Shown here in pieces: positions 31,887 through 44,645 of a stretch of 64,000 bases of DNA. The notes below the pieces were generated by a model, which was given only the letters and a program-made list of their open reading frames with translations, ran no database searches and had not been told where the DNA came from. Position 1 is the first letter of the stretch. Each line of letters opens with the position of its first letter. The position numbers and the translations under genes were made by a program. Source of the stretch: Mantamonas sphyraenae STR306 (lineage: Eukaryota; Protista; CRuMs); contig JAPMXV010000020.1 of NCBI GenBank assembly GCA_026936335.1, positions 62,001 through 126,000 of the forward strand. Direction: 5' to 3'.

Positions 31887-33665
31887 ATGTTCCGTGCCAC
31901 CGAACTGCCTCTGCTTGCTTCCTGTGTGGCGTTGGTCCTCTCTGGCTGGTTGTCTCCGTCGCTATGGCTGCCGGCACAGAGCAATCTGTTGCAGCTGCTC
32001 CTACGGCCCGAAGCACATGTCACCCAGTGGGACAGTGTGCATGTGGCCATGCAACTGGCCCTGTTGTCCTCCTTGGCCTTTCACTTGCTGCGTGACCTCC
32101 ATCGGTGGCAAATGGTGCCTGTGTACGCCCTTGCAGGGTGGCTGCTTGTCTGGTCCAACCTGCTGCAACCCAGCCTCACACAGGCCACCTCCGGATGGGT
32201 ATGGCTGTGTCTCAACATCGCAAACACACTCCTCGTATGTTTGACCCTGTTCCTGTGCTTTGTGGTACCACTGATCAAGCTTCCCGTGCCCACCGGCCCC
32301 TACAAAGTGGGCACGGTGATCCTCCCGCTCGTCGACCTCTCCCGCGACGGTTGGTTGCCCCTGCTCGATGCCAACGACAAACTGTATGCACCCAACCGCT
32401 TTGGGTACGACAAGAGACGCGTGCGCCTGCAAATCTGGTACCCTTGCGAGGAGGAGAGCGTGGTCGGACGCACGCCGGCCACATACTTGGAACATGGTGC
32501 GCTGATTGGAGGCCACCTGGCCGCACGGTTCAGCATGCCGGCTTGGGTCAACTCTCACTTGCGCCTGGCAGACACTCATGCGTACGAAGGGGTACCCATG
32601 CGTGCTGTGACCCAAGAGGGACGAAATGGGAAGGAGGAGGACGAGGACTGTGACAACGAGACGCACAGCAGCGTGGGGGGATCAATGCGACAAGCAAAGG
32701 CAAAGGTGCGTACGACGCGACAGGCATCGGTTGAGGGAGTGGATGGAAGGGGATGGCCAGTGATTGTGTTTTCGCATGGCAATGGGGGGATTGGAGCGCA
32801 GAACACAGGGACATGCACCGAGTTGGCCTCCAATGGCTACGTGGTGTGTGCTGTGGACCATGCATTTGACGCATCGGCCGTATTGTATCCAGGCCACAAG
32901 TTGATGGCGTATGATTTGAATCTGGCGATGATGTGGTCGCGAAAGACGGCGGAGGAGATGCGACCCATCCGCAACGACCAGAGTGAACTGCGCGCAGGCG
33001 ACCTGTCGTTTGCCATCGATGTGTTGCAACTCATCCACGAGGGTCGATTGGCCAGCAACGAACGGCTGGGGGCGGCGTTTGTGAGTGAGAAGCAGCATGC
33101 GTTGTTGCGAGGGTCGTTTGCTGGGTCGTTGGATTTGCAGCGTCTGGGTGTGTTTGGCCATTCGTTGGGCGGTGCCACTGTGATTGAGGCTGCCTTTCGC
33201 GACGAACGCATCGGGTGCGTGTGTGCATTGGATCCCTGGGCCTACCCGGTGCGGCAGAGTGTGTTTGAACACGGTCTGTTTGTGCCGTGCATGATTGTCC
33301 GTGGCAATCGCTTTGCGTTTCCCCCCAGTTGGGAACACAACAATGAGCTGTTGCACCAGCTGTGCGAACGCACCGCCGATCGCATCCAGGCGCAGCATTC
33401 CCACACGCGCGTGGCGTACGACCTGTTTGTGCCCCTGTTTCGCCACCACGACTTTCATGATTTCAAGGCCATGGCTCCTTGGGTCATGGAGAAGCTCGGT
33501 GGCACCGGACCGCTGCCTGGCGAACGCTCTTTCGAGCTCACCAACGACCACGTCCTCGCCTTTTTCAACAAGTTTGTCCGCAACCATCACGACGCCACCG
33601 TCCTCGATGCAGGCGACGCCTTTCGACGCAAGTACTACCCTGAGGTCGAGTACCGCGCGTGGTAA
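31887..33665 (+). CDS. PAF-acetylhydrolase-like alpha/beta hydrolase with N-terminal TM helices
   Basis: PTGPYKVG, IWYP, PVIVFSHG, ELASNGYVV, nucleophile GHSLGG, ALDPW, HHDFHD. Confidence 0.88.
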   Translation: MFRATELPLLASCVALVLSGWLSPSLWLPAQSNLLQLLLRPEAHVTQWDSVHVAMQLALLSSLAFHLLRDLHRWQMVPVYALAGWLLVWSNLLQPSLTQATSGWVWLCLNIANTLLVCLTLFLCFVVPLIKLPVPTGPYKVGTVILPLVDLSRDGWLPLLDANDKLYAPNRFGYDKRRVRLQIWYPCEEESVVGRTPATYLEHGALIGGHLAARFSMPAWVNSHLRLADTHAYEGVPMRAVTQEGRNGKEEDEDCDNETHSSVGGSMRQAKAKVRTTRQASVEGVDGRGWPVIVFSHGNGGIGAQNTGTCTELASNGYVVCAVDHAFDASAVLYPGHKLMAYDLNLAMMWSRKTAEEMRPIRNDQSELRAGDLSFAIDVLQLIHEGRLASNERLGAAFVSEKQHALLRGSFAGSLDLQRLGVFGHSLGGATVIEAAFRDERIGCVCALDPWAYPVRQSVFEHGLFVPCMIVRGNRFAFPPSWEHNNELLHQLCERTADRIQAQHSHTRVAYDLFVPLFRHHDFHDFKAMAPWVMEKLGGTGPLPGERSFELTNDHVLAFFNKFVRNHHDATVLDAGDAFRRKYYPEVEYRAW

Positions 33666-33764
33666 CGTGCGCACGAGTGGTTGGATGTGTCCAGTGGAGG
33701 GAAGGGCGAAGGGTGAGATGAACATTGAGTCATGCTGCTGCGTTGCCGTCTGCAATCAAACCCC

Positions 33765-36700
33765 ATGCCAAATCAGGCAACCCAGATTCTCCTCACCACG
33801 CTGGCACTGCTGATCATCAGCTGTGCGGCAGCAGAAATCCGCTGGGCGTCTGCTTCATCGGGCCTGTTTGGCACAGGAGGCAACTGGGTGGGCGGAGCCG
33901 TGCCTGGGAGCGGCGACGTGGCCGTAATCGACCTGGCTGGCACGTACACCGTGACGCTGGCCAGCGCACGGAGTGTACAGGGCATTCGAGTGGGCCGCAA
34001 CAGCAGCGCAGGGGGCGCAGACGGCACACAAACCTTGTTTGTGTTGGAAGACCTGACCCTGGGCCTGGTCGGGGCGAGCAAGGTGTGGTCGTCGGGAGAG
34101 GTGTTGCTCAACGCTGCCATCAGCAAGGGATTCCACGGCGTGGGTGGGGTGACGCTGTATGGTCGCATGGAACACCGCAGTGGCCTTGTGGAGGGCAGCA
34201 ACACAGCCACGGATGAACCGTGGCGTGTGGTGGGTCCCTCTGGGCACTACCTGGTCACACACACGTCGGACACGCCGCCACGCACGCTGAAAACACGTCG
34301 TCTGCTTGTGGAGAGTGTGGCCACGTGGGTGGACAGGGAGCTGACGCTGGAAGCAGGCGAGATCGACATTGCCCCGGGTGGACGAATCTCCCTCAACGCC
34401 ACCGTCAGCGTCAAACCGTGCCGCGGCGATGCAGGCAGCCGTGTGACTCTGCTGGCTGGTGGTGCACATTTGGTGTATGCTCCTGCAACTGTGGCCGCCG
34501 TTACGAACCGCATGGATGTGCGTGTGGCGATGCAAAGCGGCAGTGTCGTGGAGAGTCTCGGCAGCGGACACTCTGGCACCCTTGTCTTTGAACAGGCCGG
34601 AACATGGACGTACACAGACGTGCGCACCAGCACAGGGAGCACGGTGAGACTGGATACAAGTGGACACACCATGGAGGGTTGTCGCGTACGTGGCACAGGC
34701 ACGTTCCAAGTTGCAGGGGGAACGTTGGCGCTGACCAACAGCACGTTTGAGGCGCCAGCCACCACTCAATTCACCACGGGCGTGGTGGTTACCCTCGGCG
34801 ACAGCTTGAGCATGTGGCATGGCACGACGAGCATGCAATCATGCACACTGCGTGGCACGTCGTCAAACGTGGTGGCCCACAACACAGGCAGCTGGACCCT
34901 GGGTGGCGACGGCAGCCAGCAAACATTGTCTGTACTAACGTTGGACAATGGTGCAGGAGGCACGGTGACTTGGCACGCCAACGGGGGCAACACGGCGTTT
35001 GAGAATGGTGCCGTGCTACACAACGAGGCCGGTGCAACCGTGGTGCTGAGCAGGGATGCATCGATGACGGGCAATGGAAGCGTGGTCAACTACGGCACTG
35101 TGCAGGTGACACTTACCTTGGGAACAGGGCCTACGCCCGTGGCTGATCTGGCTGGTGTGGCAATGCGTGTGCAACCCAACGCACGCCTGCAGGTCAACTC
35201 GGGCATTCTGCGTCTGCGCAACGGAGGCGTGTGCCAAGATGCCACCGTGGACGTGGGTGCGTCGGGCCAGCTGCTGGTTTCCACCCTTGACTTTGATTTG
35301 CGCGGCAACACACGTCTTCAGGGTGCGGGCACAATCACCCTGCAGGCAGGCTCTCGCATGGACAACGTCACCGCACAGGTGGCCAACCTCGAAGTGGACA
35401 TCAGCGCACCGGGTGCACAGGTGCGCATTGGTGACCGGCTGTTGGTTCGCTCACCGGCGACCCTCGCTTGGAAACTCGGCGTGCTTGCCTCGCTCGACGG
35501 AAGTAATGCGGGACAGGCGCACATCGATCTGTACAGTACCATGACCGTACCCTTTGCCAGCAGCTCTGCACAGCACGAAGCTCGTCGGTCTCGCAGTACG
35601 CGTGCGCCAGGGATCCACCCTCGTGTGGAGTGGACCTGCCAATTCAAACATTGACCTGCGCAACGGCTCGTCTATTGTCAACGAGGGCACACTGACGCTG
35701 CAGACGTCATCCAAGCTCGAACAACTCGGGGTTGTGGCCACGCTGCTCAACAACACCCAAGGAGGCGTGATCCAGGTCACCAGTGGCGCCACGGTCGGGC
35801 TGCAACTGCCAGTTGTCAACCATGGGCGCGTACACACTGCATGCGCCACCTGCCGTGTGGATTTTCTGTCACCAACCGAACATCGTGGCGAGCTGAGGGC
35901 AGATCTAGGCTCCATCGTGCGTCTGCACGCACAGCAGCAGCTTCATTCTGGAGCAATGGGCACAGGAGCAGGCATGCTTACACTTTTGTCGTCTGCCGAA
36001 CTGCAAGGTGGGGTGAACGTGCCTGTCACGCGCGTGACCCTCGACTTGGTTTCACCACTTGCCGGTTCGGGTGCTCTCAATGTGTCCTCGGAACTCGTGT
36101 GGACACGTGGTGTCATCTCCGCAGGCGTGGTTGTCAGTGTGGAGGCTGGTGCTTCGGGCAACGTGACCGGAACCGTGGCCAAAACGTTGTCAGGAACTCT
36201 TGCCAGTTCGGGCGAAACCACCCTGGAAGGCTCGGGCCTGGAAGTGGATGGTGGGCGTGTGGAAACACATGGCACGTTGATTCTGGCATGTGACAGCGTG
36301 AATGCGGCAGGCACAGGGCCTCGTGTGGATGTGCATCCGGGTGGCCTGTTGCGCAAGAGCAGTGCAGGTCAAACGCTTTTGAACATGCCTGTCTGGAATC
36401 AAGGCGGCACTGTGCGCAGCGACGCAGGCACGCTTGTGTTTGTCAAAGCACTGAGCCAAACTGGCGACTCGGCCGTGCTGTGCACAAACGGAGGCGAGAT
36501 CACGGCGCAGGTCACCGTGCAGGTCGACGGTGGCCGAGTGACAGGCACACACACGTTCAACGCGAAAATTGCCAATCGAGGAGGCAGCATGGAGCCTGGC
36601 GTGTGTGTGGGTGTGGGTGCAGACGACAGCGTGGGCGTGTTGACTGTGCGCGAGTATGAACAGAGCGGTGTTGGACAGGTGCGTGTCAACATACGCGGCC

Positions 36701-38949
36701 TTGCAGCAGGCACAACGCACGACCAACTTGTGGTGACGAATGACTTGACACTGCTCAGCAACACCGGCAGTACCAAACGCCTCAACGTGTCCATGGACGT
36801 GTCTGCCTTTCTGCCCGAAATTGGCGACAAATTCGTCGTCGTGTTGAACCCGGGCACCGAGTCAGGATTCCCCTTTGTGCCTGCGTACTCGGGCATCGAC
36901 GCACGGCGCATGCGAGCACGCCATAGTGCAAGCAATGTCACCCTGGAATTTGTGGGCTGCGAAGAACCAGGCCTGTTGCTTCGCAATCTCACTTGCTTTG
37001 CGTGTCCACCAGGCACGTATGGCAATGGCACACACTGCATTCCGTGTGCATGTGGCGCCTACCAACCCAACGAAGCTGCAGCATCCTGCTTGCTGTGCCC
37101 CACGGGCCACTATGCAAACACCACGGGCCAGACGCAATGTCAGGCGTGTGCGCGTGGCTCCTATGCCTCCACCAATGGCTCGTGCAGCTGCACTGCGTGT
37201 CCGTGTGGAACAGTGGCGCCAAACCAAGGAATGGCTGTGTGTCAGAACTGTTCTGCAGGCTCCTTCGCACCGCAACAGGGGTTGACAACATGTCAGCTGT
37301 GCACCGCTGGCCAATTCCAAGGCCTCGAGGGCCAATGCGAGTGTGCGAATTGCACACAGGGCACGTTTGCAAACCAGAATGGGAGCACAGTGTGCCGGGG
37401 CTGTCCGTCGGGCAGTTACAACAATGCCACCGCTCAGAGTGGGTGTCTGGCATGCCAACCAGGTACCTTTCAGCCTGGCCATGGTGTTGACTCGTTGGTC
37501 CCTGCTACCGAGTGCACGCCGTGCGGCGTTGGCACTTTTGCGGCTTCCGGTGGAGCAGGCACATGCACTCCATGTGGTCGTGGCACGTTTGGCAACCGCA
37601 CGGGATTGACCCAGTGTGCAGCGTGTGCTCCGGGCTTGTTTAGCAACACCAGTGGGCTGAGCGGATGTGCCGCGTGCCGGGCAGGCTCGTTCTCTGCCTC
37701 ATCTGGCGCAGACACATGCACTGCGTGTGGACTGGCCACATTCAGCAACGCAACGGGTGTCACTGCCTGTCAGACCTGCCCTCCAGGTCGTTACCAGTTT
37801 GCCACGGGTCTCACATCGTGTTTGCCATGCCCATCCAACAGCACCCAGGGTGGCGAGCTGACCACTGCGGTGGTGGGCTGTCTCTTTGTGGGTGTCACTC
37901 CTGCGCCTCCCACACCGCCATTCACCATTCCTGAGGAATACTATTACGGCGGCGGTGCGCTGCTGGGTGTGTTTGCCCTGTTGGCCGGTATGGGCTTCTG
38001 GAGGCGACGCAAGCGCAAAGAGAAGGAAGGGTTGCGTGGGGCGAGTGTGGAGAAGATGCAAACTCAGATGGACCAATTGATGGAGTCCAGCCAGGAGCAG
38101 ATGGAACGCATCGAGAGGGAACGTGAGCGCATCAGCGAAATCGAATCCAAACAGGAGCTGTGTGTACAGATGGAGTCGGACATTGAGGAGAAGGAGAGGA
38201 TATTCAGGGAGACCCTGGAGCGCATGACCAAGTTCAACATGCTCACCCAACAAGACGTCGAGCTCATCTTTGAAGCGCAAGACGACACGTACGAGGTGGG
38301 CGGCATACAGCGCGAACACACCGACACCCTGGCACGCGAGAAAGAGACACAGGGCATGGCCATGGGTGAATACGATGTTGAATACGGGTTGGATGGCGAG
38401 GAACGCGGCGGCATCGGCCGCGAACGGCGTGATACGCTGCAGCGTGAGTTCCTTTCGGCCACGCCACAGCGTGTCTCCATGGCGTTGGACAGCGTGCAAG
38501 AGGAGCTGGAGTTGGAGGCGACACACGAGGGCAGGATTGAGCGGGAGCGAGGCAACAGCGGAGGGGTGCAGATGGCTCAGATGGAAACAGAAACGGTGGT
38601 GCTGAGCGAGGAGGAGGAACGTCGCAAGATCCAACGGGAGCGGATGGGCGAAATCAAGCGGGAGCTGGACCAGGCGCGATTGCAGCTGCTGGAGCAGAGA
38701 CAGGTGCTTGTTGAGGAGGAGCAACGCAGCATGGAACGTATGCGACAGATGGAAATCGAGCGCGAGCGCATGCAGAAGGAGTTGGAGGAACTCAAGAGTG
38801 AGATGACACGACGTGGAGTGGCCGTGGGTGACAAGTATCTCATGACTGGCATGACCGCACGCTACGCCTTTGGCCAGCGCCAGGCAGGGCAACACGGCGA
38901 CGCCGCAGAACCCACAGCCATCGGCCACGGAGCCACCACGCGTGTGTGA
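33765..38949 (+). CDS. Large single-pass surface protein: beta-helix-like ectodomain, Cys-rich GCC2/ephrin-receptor-like repeats, TM helix, coiled-coil tail; one frameshift near 35570
   Basis: Signal peptide; G/T/V-rich repeats; many C-x2-C-x2-G-[TSH]-[YF] units; TM ALLGVFALLAGMGFW followed by RRRKRK; ORFs 33732-35654 and 35554-38949. Confidence 0.8.
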
Positions 38950-39031
38950 ACCTGAACGTAGGCGACGTGTTGAATGTGATTCAAAATATGTAAACGTATG
39001 TGTCTGTGTGTGTCTGTGTCATGGGATCCGT

Positions 39032-42000
39032 TCATTGGGTGGATGCAAGGCCTGTGAACAGGCCTGCAGCCTCACTGCTGACTGTGAATTGGCCAAGAAG
39101 CTCCTCCAGTTTGTCATCCGCCATGCGGACCAGCAACAGATCAAACTGCTCGTCGTTGCATCGCCAGATGAAGGAGGCGGCCAGTTGAGCCTCGCTGAGG
39201 GTGTCCAGACGCTCAGCAAGCTCTGCGCGTGCGACACTTTCGCGCCCGGACGCCTTGTCGCTCTCGGCACTGGCTTCAAACTTGGCAATGTACAAATCCA
39301 GACGATTGGCCAACTGTGTGCACCTGTCGATCACGTCCATCTCACTCTCCTCCACCTGTCCGCTGATGTCTTCCTCGCCGTCCAGCCGCACCACTTGCAC
39401 CTCGTCCTGCACAAAGTCCAAGTGTGCCGTCCCTCCGGGCGAATGGTAATACCTGTGTCGCCAGCGCATGCGCGGTTGCTCCTCGTCGTCTTCCTGCTCC
39501 ACATCTTTCGACGACGTGGACGATGAACCGCCTCCGTCCTGGTTCAGAATGAGATCGCTGGTGCTGTTGATGAAAGCCTGGATGGTTGCCAGCTGTCTCG
39601 ACAGATGCTGTCGTGTCTGCTGCACAATGGCCTCGTGTTCACGTCGAGCCAGCAGCCGTCCGGCAAACCCTGCGCCGTGTGCATCCTCTGCATCGTCATT
39701 GTCGTCCTCGTCTTCGTCGTCGTCATCATCGGCCTCCTCACCCTGGCCAGGCACGGAATCGAGTTGGATACGCAGTCGTTCCAGACCCACAGACAACAGC
39801 TTGTCCCGCAATCGGCGCAGGTAGGCGGAAAACGCACGCTTTGACTGACTGCTGCTCATGAGTGGCATGGTGCTTCCCTCTCGATGCGCTTGCAACACTG
39901 CGTCAATGTTTGCAGCACGTCCTGCACCTGCCAAGCTGTTGCCGCCAGCCTCTGCCTTGCCCGGCGACGCGCCGCCGCGAACACTGCTGTTTCCACTCGC
40001 GTCCATGCCCAGACTGCGTATTCCCTTGCTGGACGACGCACCCTTCTTCTTGCGGCGTGCATTCGTGCGCCACGGTTTGTCGTAGTCCAGTCTGCTCTCT
40101 TTGCCCGTCTCGGAGCTCTCTCCTTCGTCGCTGCTGTTGTTGTTGTTATTGTTGTTGTTGTTGATGCCTTGTTTCTGTTTGCTGCTGTCGTTGCTGCGCC
40201 GCTGCTCTTTTTGCGTTTGCCCCCGTCTCTGCTGCTGCTACGACGGCGTTCCGATGTTGAAACCACGCCAAACGTTGATGCCGTCGACGTCGTTGTGTGT
40301 TGCTGCTGTTGCTGTTGCTGTGGTTGGCCGCCATTGCCATCGGTCGTGTCATCACCCTCCATGCTTCCTCCTTCCCCGCCTCCTCCTCCCACCACCACTG
40401 CTGCTGCTGCTATTGCTGCTGCTGCCCTTCTCGGCTGCTTTCTGTTCGCGCATCACCAGCCGTTCGATCAGCACCTCGTTGTATCTGCGCGGCTCCTCAA
40501 AGAAGGCCGTGTACTTGAAGCCATCGGCAGTGGGGTAGATGCGCTCAAATGCACCCCTGCGTTCGTACTCTTCGTCGCTTTCGCGAATCATGCGCTTGTC
40601 CGCGTTGCTGAGTTCGGTCTTCATGTTGCCCAACTCGATCATGCGCCGTTTGCGATCGCCATTGTTGGCGTTCAGATTCTTCTGGCGTGACGACGGGCGC
40701 GACGAGGGCCGAGACGCGCTGTTGTACATCGACTTGAGTGTCTGCGGCTTGGCACCCTCCTTGCGGAACTGTTTGCGGTCGATCGCATCAAAGCCGAGCA
40801 TGGTGAACAGGTCTGAGACGAGGCGCGACTTGATTTTGGCGTCCAGCGGCGAGTCGGTGCTCAGTGCGGGCGACAGGTTGACTTCCAGCAGCCAGCTCTT
40901 GTACTGGTCGTCCAGGAGGATGTCAAAGCCGTATAGCTCGAAGCAGTTTGTGCGATGCGGCACAAACATGTTCATGGCCGGCATGACAATGTGTTCGGCC
41001 GACAGGATGGTTTTGATGGCAATGTCCTTGATGTCACTCCAGATCTGGTGAGTGTCCACGCCACGCACGGCGAGCAGGTTGAAGAGGGCAGAGATGGACC
41101 ACTTGTTGCCCACGTTGTCCTGGTCCTCGTCCTGGTTCTGTACAAACTTGTGGTTGTACTTGTTCACACTGTAGTTGGTCAAATGCATGTAGGCGTCGTC
41201 CAGAAACGCTGCCGACGCGTTGTACGGCTCCGAGGCAAAGCGCACCAGGCCGTCGCGGAACAAATAGATGCGCAGCGGATCGTACGAGGTCACAGCCACG
41301 TAGAGACGCAGATCAAACTTGAAGCCATCAATGAGCAGCGGATTGCTGACATACTTGCTGACAATGCATGTCTCCGAGGTGGGTGCCTGCAGAAAGTGGT
41401 CGATCAAGTAGATGCCCCTGCCTCGCGACGAGCTGATGGGTTTGACAATCCAGGGTTGGTTCTGGTGGCGCAGGCAATGGTATTCAAACTGGCTCTGTTC
41501 CCCGGGCAACATGTAGCTGGTGGGCACAAAGTTGAAGTGTTTGCGTCCGTGCAGTTGTTGCATACGCGTGATGTTCACGTACAGCTTGTCCTTGCGCGTG
41601 ATCTCGTACGAACGTGGGTAATGGTTGATGCGTTGGTACCTGCTGAGACCCTTGAGCAGGTACGGCTTCACGTGGCCGCCTGTCCACAGCAGATTCCAGT
41701 CCGCACCTCGGGTCTCCTCAAACCCGTTCTCCTCCAGCGTGCGCTTCAGCAGCTTTGACGCCGACGATTGGAATTTGTACTTGAGGTGGAACCCGTGGCT
41801 TGCTGCCTCGTATGCTTGGCCGTACACCTGCGTCTGCTGGAACAGTACCGTTTGCCGTTTTCCGTTCGCCCACGTCAGCGTCTGCAGCTCCCTGTACGAC
41901 GTCGACACACTTCCTTCTTCACCTGAACGCCCACCTCCGCTTCCACCACTACTTGTTCCACTTGCACTGCTGCTTCCGCCGCTACTGCTGCTTCCTGCCG

Positions 42001-42712
42001 AGCTGAGGGCCTGTCGTTTGCGTCGCGAGCTCCCTCCTTGGCCAGGAAACACGTCGCGGTCCTCGTCCTCGTCATCACGGTCTTCGTCGTCGTACTGACT
42101 GGCTCTGCTGCGACTGCTGCTGCTGCTTGTGAGGGTACGTGTGTCGTCGTCCTCGGCTGCAGGGTCATTGTCGTCGTCGTCGCTGTCGAGCAGATCGCCG
42201 CGCCGTTTCGTGCGTTCCTGACCCTCGTCGAGCGGATGTGGCGTCCATGTGGACGAGATGGACCGTGGCTGTTGCTGAGTCTTTACCCGACGACCCGACG
42301 TGAGGTCAACGGTGATTTCCATGTCCGAGTTGTCCATAGTGCGTCGTGAGCCGCCGTGGGATTGTGGCCGTTTGCTGCCTTTGGCGGGCTTTGACTGGTA
42401 CGCTGCGTTGAGTTCCAACTGCTTCAAATACGTGCGTGCTTGCGTCCAACCGCTCTGCACACGCTTTCTGCGCTGTGTGGACACGCGGGAGCTGGGCGAT
42501 GACGGCGTGGACAGGGGCGTTTGTTGTTGCCTCCGCGGATTCAACCACCTGCGGTTGTTGCACGCGTCCCTGGCGGCTGCTGCTACTCCTGTTGTTGCTA
42601 TTCTCTCTCTCGCTGCTTCGCACGGTGCCACTGCTGTATGTGTATGCCGCAGACGCAGTGGTGGTGGTGGCAGTGGACAAAAAGGTGGAGGAGGAGCTGG
42701 ATTGCATTGCAT
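39032..42712 (-). CDS. TTLL5: Tubulin polyglutamylase TTLL5-like, with frameshifts in low-complexity linkers
   Basis: TTL domain (QRINHYPRSYEITRKDKL, WIVKPISSSRGRGIYL, KFDLRLYV, MHLTNYSVNK, FELYGFDILLD, LLEVNLSP). Downstream ORF 39032-40006 has KRAFSAYL and LEELLGQFT, resembling the TTLL5 C-terminal region. Start uncertain. Confidence 0.82.
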
Positions 42713-42762
42713 GGCTGTTCGCTGCGCTGCGCACACACACACTCACACACTCTCTCACGTGT

Positions 42763-44549
42763 TTACTCCTGCTTCAGGGCAGCCTGGAGGTTCTCCTGCA
42801 GCTTGTCCAGGAACTCAAAGGTGTTGAGCCAGTCGTCGTCGACCATGTCGCCCTTCTTGATGTTCAGGGCGAGATCCTTGGTCATGTCACCGCCCTCGAT
42901 GGTGTCAATGCACACCTGCTCGAGCTTGAGGCAGAAGTTGGTCAGGGCCTCGTTGTCATCAAGCTTGGCACGGTGGGCCAGACCACGGGTCCAGGCAAAG
43001 ATGGAGGCAATGGGGTTGGTGGACGTCTCCTTGCCCTCCTGGTGGCGGCGCCAGTGACGAGTGACGGTGCCGTGGGCAGCCTCGGCCTCCACAGTCTTGC
43101 CGTCGGGGCACACAAGCACCGAGGTCATCATGCCGAGGGAACCAAAGCCCTGGGCCACGCTGTCGCTCTGCACGTCGCCGTCGTAGTTCTTGCAGGCCCA
43201 GATGAAGCCGCCGTCCCACTTGAGGGCCTGGGCAACCATGTCATCGATGAGACGGTGCTCGTAGGTGATGCCCGCAGCCTCAAACTGCTCGGCAAACTCG
43301 GCGTCAAAGATGGCCTGGAAGGTGTCCTTGAAGAAGCCGTCGTAGGCCTTGAGGATGGTGTTCTTGGTGCTCAGGTACAGCGGCCAGCCCTTGGTGAGGG
43401 CGTAGTTCATGCACGAGCGTGCAAAGCCCTCCACACTCTCCTTGGTGTTGTACATGGCCATGCCCACGCCTCCGTCCTCGGGGAAGTCGTACACGTCCCA
43501 GGTCTGCGCCTCGCTGCCGTCCTCGGGCGTGAAGGTCACCGTGAACTTGCCCTTGCCCTTCACCACAAAGTCCGTGGCCTTGTACTGGTCACCAAACGCG
43601 TGACGGCCCACCACAATGGGCTTGGTCCAGTTGGTCACCAGACGCGGCACGTTCTGGCACACAATCGGCTCACGGAACACCGTGCCGCCCAGGATGTTGC
43701 GGATCGTTCCGTTGGGCGAGCGCCACATTTTCTTCAGACCAAACTCTGTGCAATGGCCGAGGGTGTCTCACCGTGTCAGCCTGTCTGTCTCCATTCCATT
43801 GTGTGTGGTGTCGAGGCGTGTGGGGTGCACTCGGCCCGTGCAGCGGCGAAGTGACACATGCGTGTCGAAGATTCCGCTTCAGCGGCGATTGACCTCGATT
43901 GACCCCCTGGTGCTGCACACACGCATACACACAAGGCAAAGAAAGCTCAGCCGGGGTTGACACAGCAAGTGTGGCGTGAAAAAACACGCTTGCGTGTGTG
44001 CAGTGAGGGCTGTGGGGATGGCTGGGGGGGGCACCATGGAAACTTGCGCCGGCGGGGGTTTTTTCCCTCCGAACGAGCGTACCTTCCACACGAGCCTCAT
44101 CCGGGGTGATGGTGGCGCACTTGATGCCAACGTTGTGCTCCTTGATGGCGTTGGCAGCGTCCACAGTCACCTGGTCGTCGGTGGCGTCGCGGTTCTCCAC
44201 CGAGAGGTCAAAGTAGACAAGGTCGACGTCGAGGAAGGGCAGGATCAGCTTCTCCTTGATGAGGGCCCAGATGACGCGGGTCATCTCGTCACCGTCCAGC
44301 TCCACCACTGTGAGAGAACATGGCATGGTACACAGGCAATGCCGGTGCGATGGTTTGCGTGTGAGTGCACAGAAGCGTGTGCAGGGGGCAGAACGCGGGC
44401 GAGGGGGTGGGAGGTTGCAAAAGCGGGTCTCCGGGACGTTGCTCTCGTAGCCACCGTGCGATGATGCGCAAAGCGCAGGGAGGCGGGGAAGGAAAACAAC
44501 ACGTACCCTTGTTGTCCACCTTGATCTTTTCGAATTCAACAGTGCTCAT
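42763..44549 (-). CDS. IDH1: NADP-dependent isocitrate dehydrogenase, cytosolic type
   Basis: Exons 44549-44507, 44307-44083, 43745-42763. [52 protein letters not shown]. Confidence 0.97.
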
Positions 44550-44645
44550 GCTTTTCGTTTCTTTCTCGTGTGAGTGAGTCAGGTGCGTGCGCCAGCGCGC
44601 TGCGCATCGGCAACCACACACACACACACACTCACACACACAAGA

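Noticed and set aside
39032-40006. Independent 324-aa gene
   Set aside because: Carries TTLL5 C-terminal motifs and links to the TTL domain through frameshifted low-complexity sequence.
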